Of a DNA stretch of 64,000 nt, positions 1 to 9,787 are shown in pieces (positions within the stretch are counted from its first letter, which is position 1; every line of letters begins with the position of its first letter). The notes below the pieces were generated by a model. That model was not told the DNA's origin and ran no database searches. It saw only the letters and a list, made by a program, of their open reading frames with translations. The stretch lies in IMG/VR virus record IMGVR_UViG_3300031578_009156, one strand, 5' to 3'. The position numbers and the translations under genes were made by a program. The stretch is from an uncultured virus (IMG/VR IMGVR_UViG_3300031578_009156) (taxonomy: Duplodnaviria; Heunggongvirae; Uroviricota; Caudoviricetes).

Positions 1-182
1 ACGGGGCCGACCACCCGTTCATCTTCGATGTCGAGTGGCGAGATCGGGCTGCGGGCACGGTGCTGAAACGGCTGCGCTCCTGTGCCCCCTATACCCACGG
101 CATCTCCAGCGGCTCGGGCGAGGAAGCATTCACCGAGGACCTGTCGGGTGAATTCCTGTACCTGGAAACTCGCCCATCGTAG
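1..182 (+). CDS. C-terminus of probable major tail (tube) protein, 5' end outside window
   Basis: Open frame from 3 to TAG at 180-182 (..FIFDVEWRD..FTEDLSGEFLYLETRPS*); sits directly before tail chaperone and tape measure genes. Confidence 0.55.
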   Translation, partial: GADHPFIFDVEWRDRAAGTVLKRLRSCAPYTHGISSGSGEEAFTEDLSGEFLYLETRPS

Positions 183-265
183 AGTGAGTGACGTCCGCCA
201 GGGCAGTGGGTGATCCTACTGCCCTAGCGGCACATTCCTATCATAGACTATAAGGAGTTAGAGCG

Positions 266-634
266 ATGAAAGAGGATACGAAGGACGAAAAGCAGTTCGT
301 GACACTGGAGCAGTTGTGCAGCGAGGACGCCCAGCGCGACCAGGCCGAAAAGTACCTGGAGCGGTATGGCGGGTGGATCCGCTACCGCACCCGTGTCCCT
401 CTGGACATGCTGCTGCGGGCGCAGAGGCGCTTTATGGGCGGCAAGAAGAAGGACAACGAGGGCTTCTTCGTGTTCCTGCTGCGCTACCTGTTGCTCAATC
501 CGCGCATCGAGACAGACGAAGAGGCCCGCGCGTTGCTCAAGGCCGACGGCCGCGTGATGGTGGAAATCATCGGAGATGCGGTCGGTGACGTGAGCGACAT
601 GCAGGAGGAAGCCGCCGATGAAGCGGGGGAATAG
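266..634 (+). CDS. Tail assembly chaperone (gpG-like)
   Basis: 122 aa with AGGAG RBS, between tail tube and tape measure; ends in slippery G GGG GAA. Confidence 0.75.
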   Translation: MKEDTKDEKQFVTLEQLCSEDAQRDQAEKYLERYGGWIRYRTRVPLDMLLRAQRRFMGGKKKDNEGFFVFLLRYLLLNPRIETDEEARALLKADGRVMVEIIGDAVGDVSDMQEEAADEAGE

Positions 635-873
635 TTGACTTGTGGGCCGGCGGGGGTGAGGCTGATCCCCTGCTGGCCCTGGAGGTGCAGGTTGCGTACT
701 TTGCACGGGCAAAACACTGGGGCTACTGGCAAACTGTCAGCTATCTGCGCGACATCGAGAGACAGCATGGCACCAGTGCAGCCCTTTTCGAGTTGTCATT
801 GCAAAGGGCAATGGACCGCACAGAGCAACGAATGCAAGAGGAAGCCGCCCGCGGCAAGAAAGGGCGGCGGTAA
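625..873 (+). CDS. Tail assembly chaperone -1 frameshift extension (gpGT-like)
   Basis: GGGGGAA at 625-631; the -1 frame is open from the slip site to TAA at 873 (IVDLWAGGGEADPLL..). Confidence 0.75.
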   Translation, partial: GGIVDLWAGGGEADPLLALEVQVAYFARAKHWGYWQTVSYLRDIERQHGTSAALFELSLQRAMDRTEQRMQEEAARGKKGRR

Positions 874-958
874 CGAGAGGCAGAGCGGTTCACAGTGAAG
901 TGAGGGGCCATAGAGCGTGGCCTATGGCCCGTCTTCACTGGCTCGTATCATCACGAAC

Positions 959-1465
959 TCAGCGAGAGGGCATGATAGCGAAAAACCCATCACCTCTCGT
1001 GACCAGTTCATTAACATCATTGCAGTCAAAGACTTCATTGGCGACAAGTTGGCAGTCCTGTCTGGTCAGGCTGGCAATAGCGGCGACCTCCCAGGACTTC
1101 TGACAGGGCCATGCTTTGACAAGTTGGGCCGTAGGGGCAGCGGTGCGGTGGGCTTGGAGCCTGGCATTGACATTTGAGGCAAAGCCGAGTTTCATGCGGT
1201 TGGGGGCGAATTCAGGAACGAGGCGGATAACATAGAAGAAACCGTTCCCATTTTCAATCGGGAATTGATGATTGTAACCATCCGATTCTCGCGCCTCCCG
1301 AAGGCTTTCAGCATCAGCGGCGGACAGCGCCAGGGTTGGTTGCCCTCGGCTGTCAGGTGTGCGTACCCTGATAAGGTCAAAACCCTTCTTGAGGGCATAC
1401 TTGCGCAGGTTGCTACGGTCCAAATCGAGTTCTTGTGCCAGTTCTTTTAGGCTTACATAGTCCAT
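959..1465 (-). CDS. HTH + T5orf172/GIY-YIG-like protein (moron)
   Basis: N-terminal SLKELAQELDLDRSNLRKY HTH; FFYVI..MKLGFASNVNARL motif; own promoter and AGGAG RBS favour a start at 1465. Confidence 0.7.
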   Translation of the reverse strand: MDYVSLKELAQELDLDRSNLRKYALKKGFDLIRVRTPDSRGQPTLALSAADAESLREARESDGYNHQFPIENGNGFFYVIRLVPEFAPNRMKLGFASNVNARLQAHRTAAPTAQLVKAWPCQKSWEVAAIASLTRQDCQLVANEVFDCNDVNELVTRGDGFFAIMPSR

Positions 1466-1504
1466 TCTCTTATTCTCCTGTTGGTAGGATTGGTATGTAA
1501 GGTT

Positions 1505-1533
1505 AGTATACCACACCTTGCCATACCTGTCAA
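1505..1533 (-). promoter_or_regulatory. Sigma70-type promoter for the moron
   Basis: TTGACA-17 nt-TATACT on the minus strand. Confidence 0.8.
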
Positions 1534-1580
1534 GAGGAGCCGTAATGCACTAATCCGACAAATCAATACAGAAGATTGTC

Positions 1581-1619
1581 AAAGGCCATAGGGCAAGACC
1601 CTATGGCCTTTTTCTTTTT
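1581..1619 (+). terminator. Intrinsic terminator-like hairpin
   Basis: AAAGGCCATAGGG-caaga-CCCTATGGCCTTT followed by a T-run. Confidence 0.7.
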
Positions 1620-1628
1620 GGAGTACCT

Positions 1629-4106
1629 ATGGGCGCAGTTCAAACAATCACAGCGGTTTTCCAGGCCGTGGACGAAATGAGCGGCACGGTCGGGAAGATC
1701 GAAAACAGCCTGAGAAACGTCGGCCAGGCCATGCAAAAGACGGGCGCGGTTATGAGCGCCGCTGTGACCGCGCCCTTGGCTATCCTCGGCAAGCAGTCTA
1801 TTGACACGGCCCTCTCAGCAGAACGCCTCACCCTAACCCTGAACAACCTCGCTGGCGGGGCTGAAAGCGCGGCAGGCTACATCAAGGCGATTCAGGACGC
1901 CAGTCAAGGCACGGTTTCGGAGATTAACGCCCTGGAGATCGCCAACCGCGCTCTGTCTTTTGGCATCGTCAAGAACAGCGACGAGATGGCGCAGATGACC
2001 GAGATCGCCATCACGCTCGGGCGCGCTCAGGGCCTGGACGCGGCTACCGCCGTCTCGGACCTCACGACCGCCCTGGCCCGACAATCCCCCCTGGTCTTGG
2101 ACAACCTCGGCATCACGATGAAGCTGTCCGAGGCATACGATGCCTACGCCACCATACTGGGTAAGACGGCGGCAGAACTGACCGAGACAGAAAAAGGTGA
2201 GGCGTTCAGAATAGCGGCGCTCCAGAAGGGCATGGAAAAAGTCGCCGAGATGGGTGGCGTGCAGGATGACGCCGCTGCCTCCATGGAACGGATGAACGCT
2301 CAAATCTCGAATGCCAAACTTCTGATCGGGCGCGAACTCCTGCCCATCCTGACCCCTCTGCTGGAGAAAATCACTGGCCTGGTGACCTGGTTCACGAACC
2401 TAGACGAGGGCACGCGGGGCCTGGTCGTCAAGATTGGGCTGCTGGTCGCGGCGGCTGGCCCGCTCCTGGTGATCCTGGGCACCGTCATCTCGGCGGCCGG
2501 CACAGTGGCGGGGGCGATAGCGGGGATTAGCCTCCCCATAATCGCTGTAATTGCACTCGTTGCGGCGCTGGCGGTGGCATACCAAAAGAACTTCTTGGGC
2601 ATTCGTGACCGGGTGAAGGAAGTCGTAGAGTGGGTGACCGAGAACTGGCCGCGCATACGGGCAGTCATCGAGCGGGTATTGGAGGCAATACGGAAGGTCG
2701 TCATGGCTGTCGTGGGGGCAGTGGTGCCTTTCATCATGGATATGTTCGGCAGGGTCGTTGACTGGGTAGTGACGAACTGGCCGCTGATCAAACAGACGAT
2801 TATGACCGTGCTTAACGCGGTGTGGAGCGTTATCCGCACGGTGCTGGGCTGGATTCAGACCTTCTGGACGGCCCACGGCGAGACCATCTTGACCATCCTC
2901 CGCGCCAACTGGGAAACCCTGAAGACTGTCATCCAGACGGCCATAGACGTCGTGCTGGGCATAATCCGCACAGTCATGCAAATCATCAACGGGGATTGGG
3001 CGGGGGCGTGGGAAACGATTCGCAGCATTGGGGAAACCGTCTGGGCAGCCATAACAGGTATCATCACGAACGCCGTCAACATGATCTTGGGGTTCTTCGG
3101 CACTAGCCTGACCGAACTGACCACCTCCTGGCAGACTGGCCTGGATACGGTAAGCACGACCGCGACCACCATCTGGACCTCCATCGTTACCTTCATTCAA
3201 GGTATCCTCCAATCCATTATAGACGTGGTTACAGGTGCGACAACTGCCGTTCACCAGGTAGTCGAAACCATCTGGACGGCCATCAAGAACACGCTAACGG
3301 TCATCGTTGGGCTGATCCTGGCAATCCTGACGGGCCAGTGGGAACTGGTAGGCCAGATGCTACAAGCTATCTGGGATAAGATCAAAGCAGCGGCAGAGGC
3401 GGTCTGGAATGCTCTCAAGAGTGCAGTGGTCACGATTGTGGAGACGCTGAAGACCTGGCTCAGTACTACCTGGGAGAACATACGTTCAGCGGCAGTGACG
3501 GCATGGGAGCGGGTGAAAACTGGCATTTCTGACATCATAAGCAAACTGGCTGGCTGGCTCGAAACTACCTGGGATACCATAAAAGGCACGGCTGAAACGG
3601 TGTGGGAAAACCTAAAAAAGGCAGTCGCGGAGAAGGCCCAAGCAGTCTACGACAGCGTGGCTGAGAAGATCGAAGCCATTAAGTCGTTCATTAAGAACTT
3701 CAGCCTAAAAGAGGTGGGAACGTCTTTGATACAAGGTCTGATAGACGGCGTGCGGTCAATGGCGCAAAACCTCATTGATTCTGTGACGGGGGCGATTGAT
3801 GACGCGATAGCGGCAGCTAAGCGGCTGCTGGGCATCGAGTCACCATCCCTTGTATTCATGAACATCGGTCGCATGATGACGCTAGGGATGGCCGAGGGTA
3901 TTCTTTCGGCACAAGAGCAGGTCGCGGCAGCGGTAGCTGACGTGTTCGGGGGCACGGTTCAGGTGGCGGGTATGCAGGGGGGCAGGTCGCGCGAGCGGGG
4001 CCAGACGGTCTACGACAACAGCCGCACCGTAAACAGCCAGAGCAACGTGACCGTCAACGGGATGGCCTTGGGCGGGCTGTTATCGCTGGCGGCAGAGCAG
4101 ATTTAG
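1629..4106 (+). CDS. Tape measure protein
   Basis: 825 aa, helical, periodic Trp repeats, C-terminal LGIESPS motif, position after chaperones. Confidence 0.92.
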   Translation: MGAVQTITAVFQAVDEMSGTVGKIENSLRNVGQAMQKTGAVMSAAVTAPLAILGKQSIDTALSAERLTLTLNNLAGGAESAAGYIKAIQDASQGTVSEINALEIANRALSFGIVKNSDEMAQMTEIAITLGRAQGLDAATAVSDLTTALARQSPLVLDNLGITMKLSEAYDAYATILGKTAAELTETEKGEAFRIAALQKGMEKVAEMGGVQDDAAASMERMNAQISNAKLLIGRELLPILTPLLEKITGLVTWFTNLDEGTRGLVVKIGLLVAAAGPLLVILGTVISAAGTVAGAIAGISLPIIAVIALVAALAVAYQKNFLGIRDRVKEVVEWVTENWPRIRAVIERVLEAIRKVVMAVVGAVVPFIMDMFGRVVDWVVTNWPLIKQTIMTVLNAVWSVIRTVLGWIQTFWTAHGETILTILRANWETLKTVIQTAIDVVLGIIRTVMQIINGDWAGAWETIRSIGETVWAAITGIITNAVNMILGFFGTSLTELTTSWQTGLDTVSTTATTIWTSIVTFIQGILQSIIDVVTGATTAVHQVVETIWTAIKNTLTVIVGLILAILTGQWELVGQMLQAIWDKIKAAAEAVWNALKSAVVTIVETLKTWLSTTWENIRSAAVTAWERVKTGISDIISKLAGWLETTWDTIKGTAETVWENLKKAVAEKAQAVYDSVAEKIEAIKSFIKNFSLKEVGTSLIQGLIDGVRSMAQNLIDSVTGAIDDAIAAAKRLLGIESPSLVFMNIGRMMTLGMAEGILSAQEQVAAAVADVFGGTVQVAGMQGGRSRERGQTVYDNSRTVNSQSNVTVNGMALGGLLSLAAEQI

Positions 4107-4120
4107 TGTAGGGGGAGGCA

Positions 4121-6082
4121 ATGTCAGGGGATTACATCAAGTTCGGGAGCTTAATACTAAACGGTGAGGGGGCCGTAGGCCAGACAGGGGCAATTTACAC
4201 AGTCACGCGGGCGGGCGGCCTGGGTGGCTTGCCGCGGCCCCGTGTAGTCATCACGCAACTGGTGGGCGTGGGCGGTGCAGTTCTCAGTGAAGCAGACGAT
4301 GACGTGCGCGTGGTTGCACTGGAAGGGGAGGTACACGCTCCGTCTCACGACCTCCTGATGGATGAGTTGGAGCGGTTCAAGTACGAGATCAGCACCCAGC
4401 GTGGGGAGCAGTGGCTTTACTGGACGCCCGAAGGGCAAACGGCGCGCAAGATCGGGGCGGTTCTGCAGAACGACGGGGCGGTAGCCCTGGATACCGAAGA
4501 TGATACTACCGCGATTTTCAGGCTTGAATTTCTATGCGCTGATCCCTACTGGTGGTCCATCAGTTCTACCACGGCTTCCAAGTCGGTGACTGCATCGGGG
4601 CAAACTCTCAGCGTGACCAACGACGGGACGGCGTACTCAGAGCCAGTCATCCGCATCACACCCACCAGCATTAAGGCCAGTGGATATTCCTACAAGCGGT
4701 GGCTGGCAATCTACAACCGATTGTTGACCCGTGCGCTCACAGACTACCCGCTCGAGGTGACGACACAAGCGGGAACGGGCTTTAACCATGCAGCGTTGGT
4801 GGGAGCAGGTCATGCACAGGCGGACGGGGATGACTTGCGCGTGGAAGTGGACGGCGTAGAGGTTGACCGATGGCTCGATGGTCCCAATACCGCAACCTGT
4901 AAAGTCTGGGCTAACTTGACGTACCAGGTCGGCCAAAGCGCGATATTGGCCGAAACATTCGTATCGGGTGCCTCTGTATCGAGCATCAGCGTAGATGACA
5001 CGAGCGGCTTCCCCTCATCTGGCATTCTGTATAACCCCACCAGCGGGGAGGCGTTCACTTACACGGCGCGGGATGATGTGCTCGACCGTTTCACAGGCAT
5101 AACACGGGCAGACAAGGGCACGACGGCGGCCACGAACACCATCGGGCAAGCCCTGTGGTGGGTAGAGCACGACGTCTGGCTACTCTACGGCAACGCCGCT
5201 GCGACTGCTCCAACTGTGGACGATAATTACAAAGCGGCTTTCGAGTTGGACCACTCTACAAACACGAGTTGGGTCTACGAGATTTTTGGAGAAGATGACG
5301 GGCTGAGGGTTGCATCGTGGGTGTACCGGTATAGCGCGGGCGAATTACTCGCACAGTATACCGCAACGCGGTACACCACAGCAAATCCCTGGGAAGTCTT
5401 GGGTATGTACCATGGTGCGGGCGACGCGGGAGAGTACCAGCAAATGTATTTGTACAACCCCTGCGGTATCCTAAGTGCAAATTTTATGAGCGGCGAAACC
5501 TGGATGGATTATCCTGGCCTTCCAAACCCGCATGATGCCAGGATAGAATCGAGCAGGAACGGGGCTATCTGGCCTGCAGAGTACAATATTCCTGACCCAT
5601 CAGGCGCGCACGTCTATACTGCATGGAGCAGGGACGAAACTCTAACCGATGATTCATTTTTCGTTTCGTTGTATCTCGGCTCGGTTGGTAATCCTGTGAC
5701 TGTTGAGGCAGGCGCTTGCACACTAACCCTGAACTCCGCCGGCACTCCTGGGATTGTCTTGGTGGATGAGCAAGGTAGTTACGACCTTGGTATTACGCTG
5801 ACGATGGTAGAAGATGGGGCGGACGGGGCGGCTATACAGATACAATTCACGATAGATCTTAACGAAACCCTCGAGATAGACTGCGGGAATCGTACCGTCA
5901 CCTATCTAAAGGATAACAGCAACCAGTTCCAGGCGCTCACCCTCCAATCCCCGTCCTTGCGCAATTACTGGTTCAGGTTGCCGGGGCACTGGAATGGGGG
6001 CGAGACGGTTACTTTCAGATACGATGAGACGGGCGTGGCGGGGGTGACACTGGCTGTCATATACTACGATCGTTGGCTGTAG
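4121..6082 (+). CDS. Distal tail (Dit-like) protein with inserted domain
   Basis: Follows tape measure; FLCADPYW and VTNDGTAYSEPVIRI motifs; ends YYDRWL. Confidence 0.75.
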   Translation: MSGDYIKFGSLILNGEGAVGQTGAIYTVTRAGGLGGLPRPRVVITQLVGVGGAVLSEADDDVRVVALEGEVHAPSHDLLMDELERFKYEISTQRGEQWLYWTPEGQTARKIGAVLQNDGAVALDTEDDTTAIFRLEFLCADPYWWSISSTTASKSVTASGQTLSVTNDGTAYSEPVIRITPTSIKASGYSYKRWLAIYNRLLTRALTDYPLEVTTQAGTGFNHAALVGAGHAQADGDDLRVEVDGVEVDRWLDGPNTATCKVWANLTYQVGQSAILAETFVSGASVSSISVDDTSGFPSSGILYNPTSGEAFTYTARDDVLDRFTGITRADKGTTAATNTIGQALWWVEHDVWLLYGNAAATAPTVDDNYKAAFELDHSTNTSWVYEIFGEDDGLRVASWVYRYSAGELLAQYTATRYTTANPWEVLGMYHGAGDAGEYQQMYLYNPCGILSANFMSGETWMDYPGLPNPHDARIESSRNGAIWPAEYNIPDPSGAHVYTAWSRDETLTDDSFFVSLYLGSVGNPVTVEAGACTLTLNSAGTPGIVLVDEQGSYDLGITLTMVEDGADGAAIQIQFTIDLNETLEIDCGNRTVTYLKDNSNQFQALTLQSPSLRNYWFRLPGHWNGGETVTFRYDETGVAGVTLAVIYYDRWL

Positions 6083-6089
6083 GAAGACC

Positions 6090-7091
6090 ATGAACTTTCG
6101 AATCATCTTACTGGACAAAAACGCCACTCCGCGTGGGGAACTGGCAAAGGTACGGTCAGCTACCTGGTCGTGGATTCTAAACGGAGAGGGAGCGGCGGAA
6201 ATTGGGATAGACGCGAGCGATGCGCGCGCCACCGTTGACCTGATGACCCGTGCCCCCCTGGTCATCATTTATTCTGAGGCGGGCAACTGGGGTGGTATTC
6301 TGAAGCGGGGAGTGGAGCAACAAGGTACTCTGTTGATGCTCAGGGCGTGGAGCAACGAACGGCTGCTGCGTAATCGCCAGACAGAACAAACGCGCTCCAT
6401 GGACAATCAGACGAACGGGGCCATTGTCCATACTCTCTTGACCGAAGCCAACGCCGTGTGGCCCACGCTGGTCGTCCCCGGCAGTTACATTTATACGGCT
6501 GGGCTGATCCATTATTACGAGATTCACTACGATGATCTGTTGCGGCGCTTCCAGGACATGGCGGCAGTGGACTGGCACGACTTTGAGGTGACGTGGGACA
6601 GGAAACTTAACTGGTATGATAGGAAGGGGAGCGACAAGCCCAATGTGGTGTTGGCCGAAGGGCGCAACGCTGTACGGTATCCTCGGTATACCTACTCTGA
6701 GGATACCATCGTGAACGACCAGCACTGCGTTGGTGCTGGTCCGACGTGGGCGAGCAAGGTCGTGTCTCGGGCGCTGGACACTACCAGTCAAAACACCTAC
6801 GGGATGTGGCAGGCGGTGGCTACATACCCGTCAATTTCGGATCAGGACACTCTCGACCTGAAAGCCGAAACTCTCCTGGCAAACAGCAAAGACCCAGCCC
6901 AGACGCTCGATCTGATGGTGGTTGACAAGCCAACAGGGCTATGGGCCAGTTTCGCAGAGGGAGACCGTGTGAGGGCGATCTTGTCTTCGTATCACTTTGA
7001 CGCGGGATTTGACGCAATGGTGCGCGTACTGGCACGGGAAGTGAACGCGAGCGCGAGCACCATGCGGGTGGTGGTGGAGGTCGAATCATGA
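6090..7091 (+). CDS. Baseplate hub / Tal-like minor tail protein
   Basis: Position after Dit; 333 aa; GDRVR..VRV motif near the C-terminus. Confidence 0.65.
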   Translation: MNFRIILLDKNATPRGELAKVRSATWSWILNGEGAAEIGIDASDARATVDLMTRAPLVIIYSEAGNWGGILKRGVEQQGTLLMLRAWSNERLLRNRQTEQTRSMDNQTNGAIVHTLLTEANAVWPTLVVPGSYIYTAGLIHYYEIHYDDLLRRFQDMAAVDWHDFEVTWDRKLNWYDRKGSDKPNVVLAEGRNAVRYPRYTYSEDTIVNDQHCVGAGPTWASKVVSRALDTTSQNTYGMWQAVATYPSISDQDTLDLKAETLLANSKDPAQTLDLMVVDKPTGLWASFAEGDRVRAILSSYHFDAGFDAMVRVLAREVNASASTMRVVVEVES

Positions 7092-9406
7092 GCTTGGTCG
7101 AGCGCATGGTGGCCCCCGCCAACAATTTTCTAGACCACATGGCCGACCTGGAGGAACGGGTTCAGCGCCTAGAGCGCTACCCAGATGCCGGCAGTGATGG
7201 CTCTGCGGCAGCCCTGGCCGATGAATCATACCTCGTCCTAGGCTTTTCCACGGACTTGTCCAACGAGCGGGTGCTCACGGTCGGGAATGGCCTCGTGGAC
7301 ACGGACCTTGGAGCAGGTTCTACGTACACGGTTGCGCTCGGCACCCCCAGCTCCGTGTCGGTGCTCTCTGCCAACCTGGCTACGGGCGGGACACACTACC
7401 ACGAGGTCGAGACCTCCAGCAACCCTGGCGCAACCCAGGTCATTCTGGCGACGGCCCTCGATGGCGGCCTGCAACTCCTCCGCCTCGGCATAGGGACCGA
7501 CCCAGACACCGACAATGCCGTCAAGGTGGTCAACGGCACGTGGTTCGGGTTGGGCAGTGCGGCGGGGCGGATCGTCATCGTGGACGCGGCAACCGACCAG
7601 GTGCAAATCCAGACCGCGGACCTGTACCTGGCTACAGGATACGGGATCGTTCACCAGACGAACGTAACAGCGGGCTACTACCTACGGGCGGACGGTACTC
7701 GCTACGTGCCAAACACGATCCAGGCTGCTGACCTGCCAGGCAGTTTCAGCGGGTTCGCCAACCCTACAGGCACGATTGGTCTGGCGGCCGTCAACGGTGT
7801 GCTGACCACCGCCATGAGGAGTGATGCTGCTCCGCCTCTCAGCCAGGCTATCATCCCGACCTGGACACAACTGCATACCTACGCTGCCGGGATCGCGTTC
7901 AGCGGCGCGACGACGGCGAACTTCCTGCGCTTCCCCAACAACCTGGCCGACGGTTTGCATATCTCCGATGCGGGAGCCGTGGCAATCGAGTACGTGAAGT
8001 TTGCCAGCACGGATGCTCAGCCGTTCGTGGCTTTCAACGATGCAGCGGTAGACGTGGATTTTCGCTTCGAAGCGGTAGGTGTGACCGATGCACTTTTGAT
8101 CCAGGGAAGCGATGGGCAAATCACCCTGGGGGTCTTGGGGGCAGGCTACGTCAAGAGTACGGCGGGCGGGGTGTTGAGTTCTGGAGCAATTGCATTGGCT
8201 GATGTGCCCGTACATAATCTATTCTCGGCAACCCATGGAGATACGGTAGTCCAGGGGGCAACCAGGGGCAGTCTGGTCTACGGGAACGCCACACCTGCCT
8301 GGGATGAGTTAGTGTTAGGCGGCGCGGCGGGCAGCGTGGTGACTCGCAACGCGACCGATGTAGTCTGGAGCGGATACTACCTGGCAGGCACGGCAGGGCA
8401 AACCTACACTTTCGGCACGACTGGCGGCACAATTCCAACGGCAGCGGGTACTTTGACAACTGCGACACTCAACGCAATCTCAGCAGCAGGTGTTATCACG
8501 CATGCAATAACATCCAGTAGTGCTCCAGGCGCGGCGACTTCTATCCTCAAGTCTGGCGCAACAGGCGAACTGGCCTTGACTGGTATCCTGTCCCTAGCCG
8601 AATACATGGATCATATCGGGGATACGGATACCTACTGGCGCTTCCAGGCTGATAACATCACCATCCGTGCGGGTGGCGTGGATATGGTAGATATTGTAGA
8701 AGCAGCCACGGATTATGTCAATTTCCCCGCTGGCCTCATTTTCGTCAACGATACTAGCAATGTGTTTATGACAGCAGGAATCACCATAAACGTTGGGGCT
8801 GGCGTGAATGAGGCGGCAGCATTCAAGGCTGTGGAGGTGGCTCACGGAATTACCGATTATGCGGAGACAGACACATTTGGTGACATTCTGGCAATCCAAT
8901 ATGGGGCAGCAGGGTCGGGTGGGATAAGCATTCGTGGATTCTCTGAGGCAACGGCGGCCTGTGCCCTAACGGGAGTGGGTACGACGGATAACACTGCGAA
9001 GACGAGTGCAGCACGGGGCTACGTAGAAATATACGCTCACAAGAAAAGCGGAACAGGGATCACTGCCCCAGGGGCCGATTCTAACTTACTCATCATCGCT
9101 TCTGGCGCAAATGTGCGGTTCATCTTCGATCAGGAAGGTAGCGCGCACGCCGAGGTTGAGTGGACCACCTTCGACGATTACGATGATATGGCGCTCCTGG
9201 CCGACCTGGAAACCGCGATGCTTGCCCAGCGCGATCCTGTCAAGGCTCAGTTCGCAGACTTCTTGCGGTACAATCGCGCGGGCCTCGAGCAGGCAGGAAT
9301 CGTGCATTTTGGCGATACGCCAGGTCACGCAATGGTAAACTTCACACGACTTAGTATGCTCCTAGTAGGAGCCATAGGACAACTGGCAACACGACTGCCA
9401 GCCTAA
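7088..9406 (+). CDS. Tail fibre / receptor-binding protein
   Basis: 772 aa, Gly/Ala/Thr-rich, N-terminal DLEERVQRLE coil, position in tail module. Confidence 0.7.
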   Translation: MSLVERMVAPANNFLDHMADLEERVQRLERYPDAGSDGSAAALADESYLVLGFSTDLSNERVLTVGNGLVDTDLGAGSTYTVALGTPSSVSVLSANLATGGTHYHEVETSSNPGATQVILATALDGGLQLLRLGIGTDPDTDNAVKVVNGTWFGLGSAAGRIVIVDAATDQVQIQTADLYLATGYGIVHQTNVTAGYYLRADGTRYVPNTIQAADLPGSFSGFANPTGTIGLAAVNGVLTTAMRSDAAPPLSQAIIPTWTQLHTYAAGIAFSGATTANFLRFPNNLADGLHISDAGAVAIEYVKFASTDAQPFVAFNDAAVDVDFRFEAVGVTDALLIQGSDGQITLGVLGAGYVKSTAGGVLSSGAIALADVPVHNLFSATHGDTVVQGATRGSLVYGNATPAWDELVLGGAAGSVVTRNATDVVWSGYYLAGTAGQTYTFGTTGGTIPTAAGTLTTATLNAISAAGVITHAITSSSAPGAATSILKSGATGELALTGILSLAEYMDHIGDTDTYWRFQADNITIRAGGVDMVDIVEAATDYVNFPAGLIFVNDTSNVFMTAGITINVGAGVNEAAAFKAVEVAHGITDYAETDTFGDILAIQYGAAGSGGISIRGFSEATAACALTGVGTTDNTAKTSAARGYVEIYAHKKSGTGITAPGADSNLLIIASGANVRFIFDQEGSAHAEVEWTTFDDYDDMALLADLETAMLAQRDPVKAQFADFLRYNRAGLEQAGIVHFGDTPGHAMVNFTRLSMLLVGAIGQLATRLPA

Positions 9407-9434
9407 AGCAAAACAGAAATGGAGGCATGAGCAA

Positions 9435-9776
9435 ATGAAGGTTCAAATGAGTACGTGGTTACGTGCATCACTGGTGGCAATCATCGGCCGCGTACAGGGG
9501 AACGTGAGGACGATACAGCAAGGGCTGGTCGCCCTCAAAGTCCTCGACTTCACACCAGAAGAGCGTGAAGTGATCAGTTACCAGGAACAGAACGGCGCGA
9601 TCATGTGGAAGAACGAAAGTGACGGTCGGCAGTGGGAGATCGACCTGCCAGAGCATTGTGTCCCGTTCCTGGTTCAAGCCATTCAGGGCTTCGATCAGTG
9701 GCCCACCGCGAAAGGGCGGCAGGTGCTCGACCTGCTATCGGCACTTGGGTGGGAAGACAAAGAGGAAAAGCCTTGA
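9435..9776 (+). CDS. Hypothetical protein (tail-associated)
   Basis: 113 aa, GGAGG RBS, co-directional. Confidence 0.6.
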   Translation: MKVQMSTWLRASLVAIIGRVQGNVRTIQQGLVALKVLDFTPEEREVISYQEQNGAIMWKNESDGRQWEIDLPEHCVPFLVQAIQGFDQWPTAKGRQVLDLLSALGWEDKEEKP

Positions 9777-9787
9777 AGGGGGTTGCG

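Noticed and set aside
7088..9406. Diversity-generating retroelement acting on the tail fibre
   Set aside because: No reverse transcriptase and no template/variable repeat pair seen in the window
9632..9787. Extended N-termini in the ORF track (9632, 37088, 37983, 47764, 27964, 63027)
   Set aside because: They overlap upstream genes; downstream starts have an RBS or stop-start coupling
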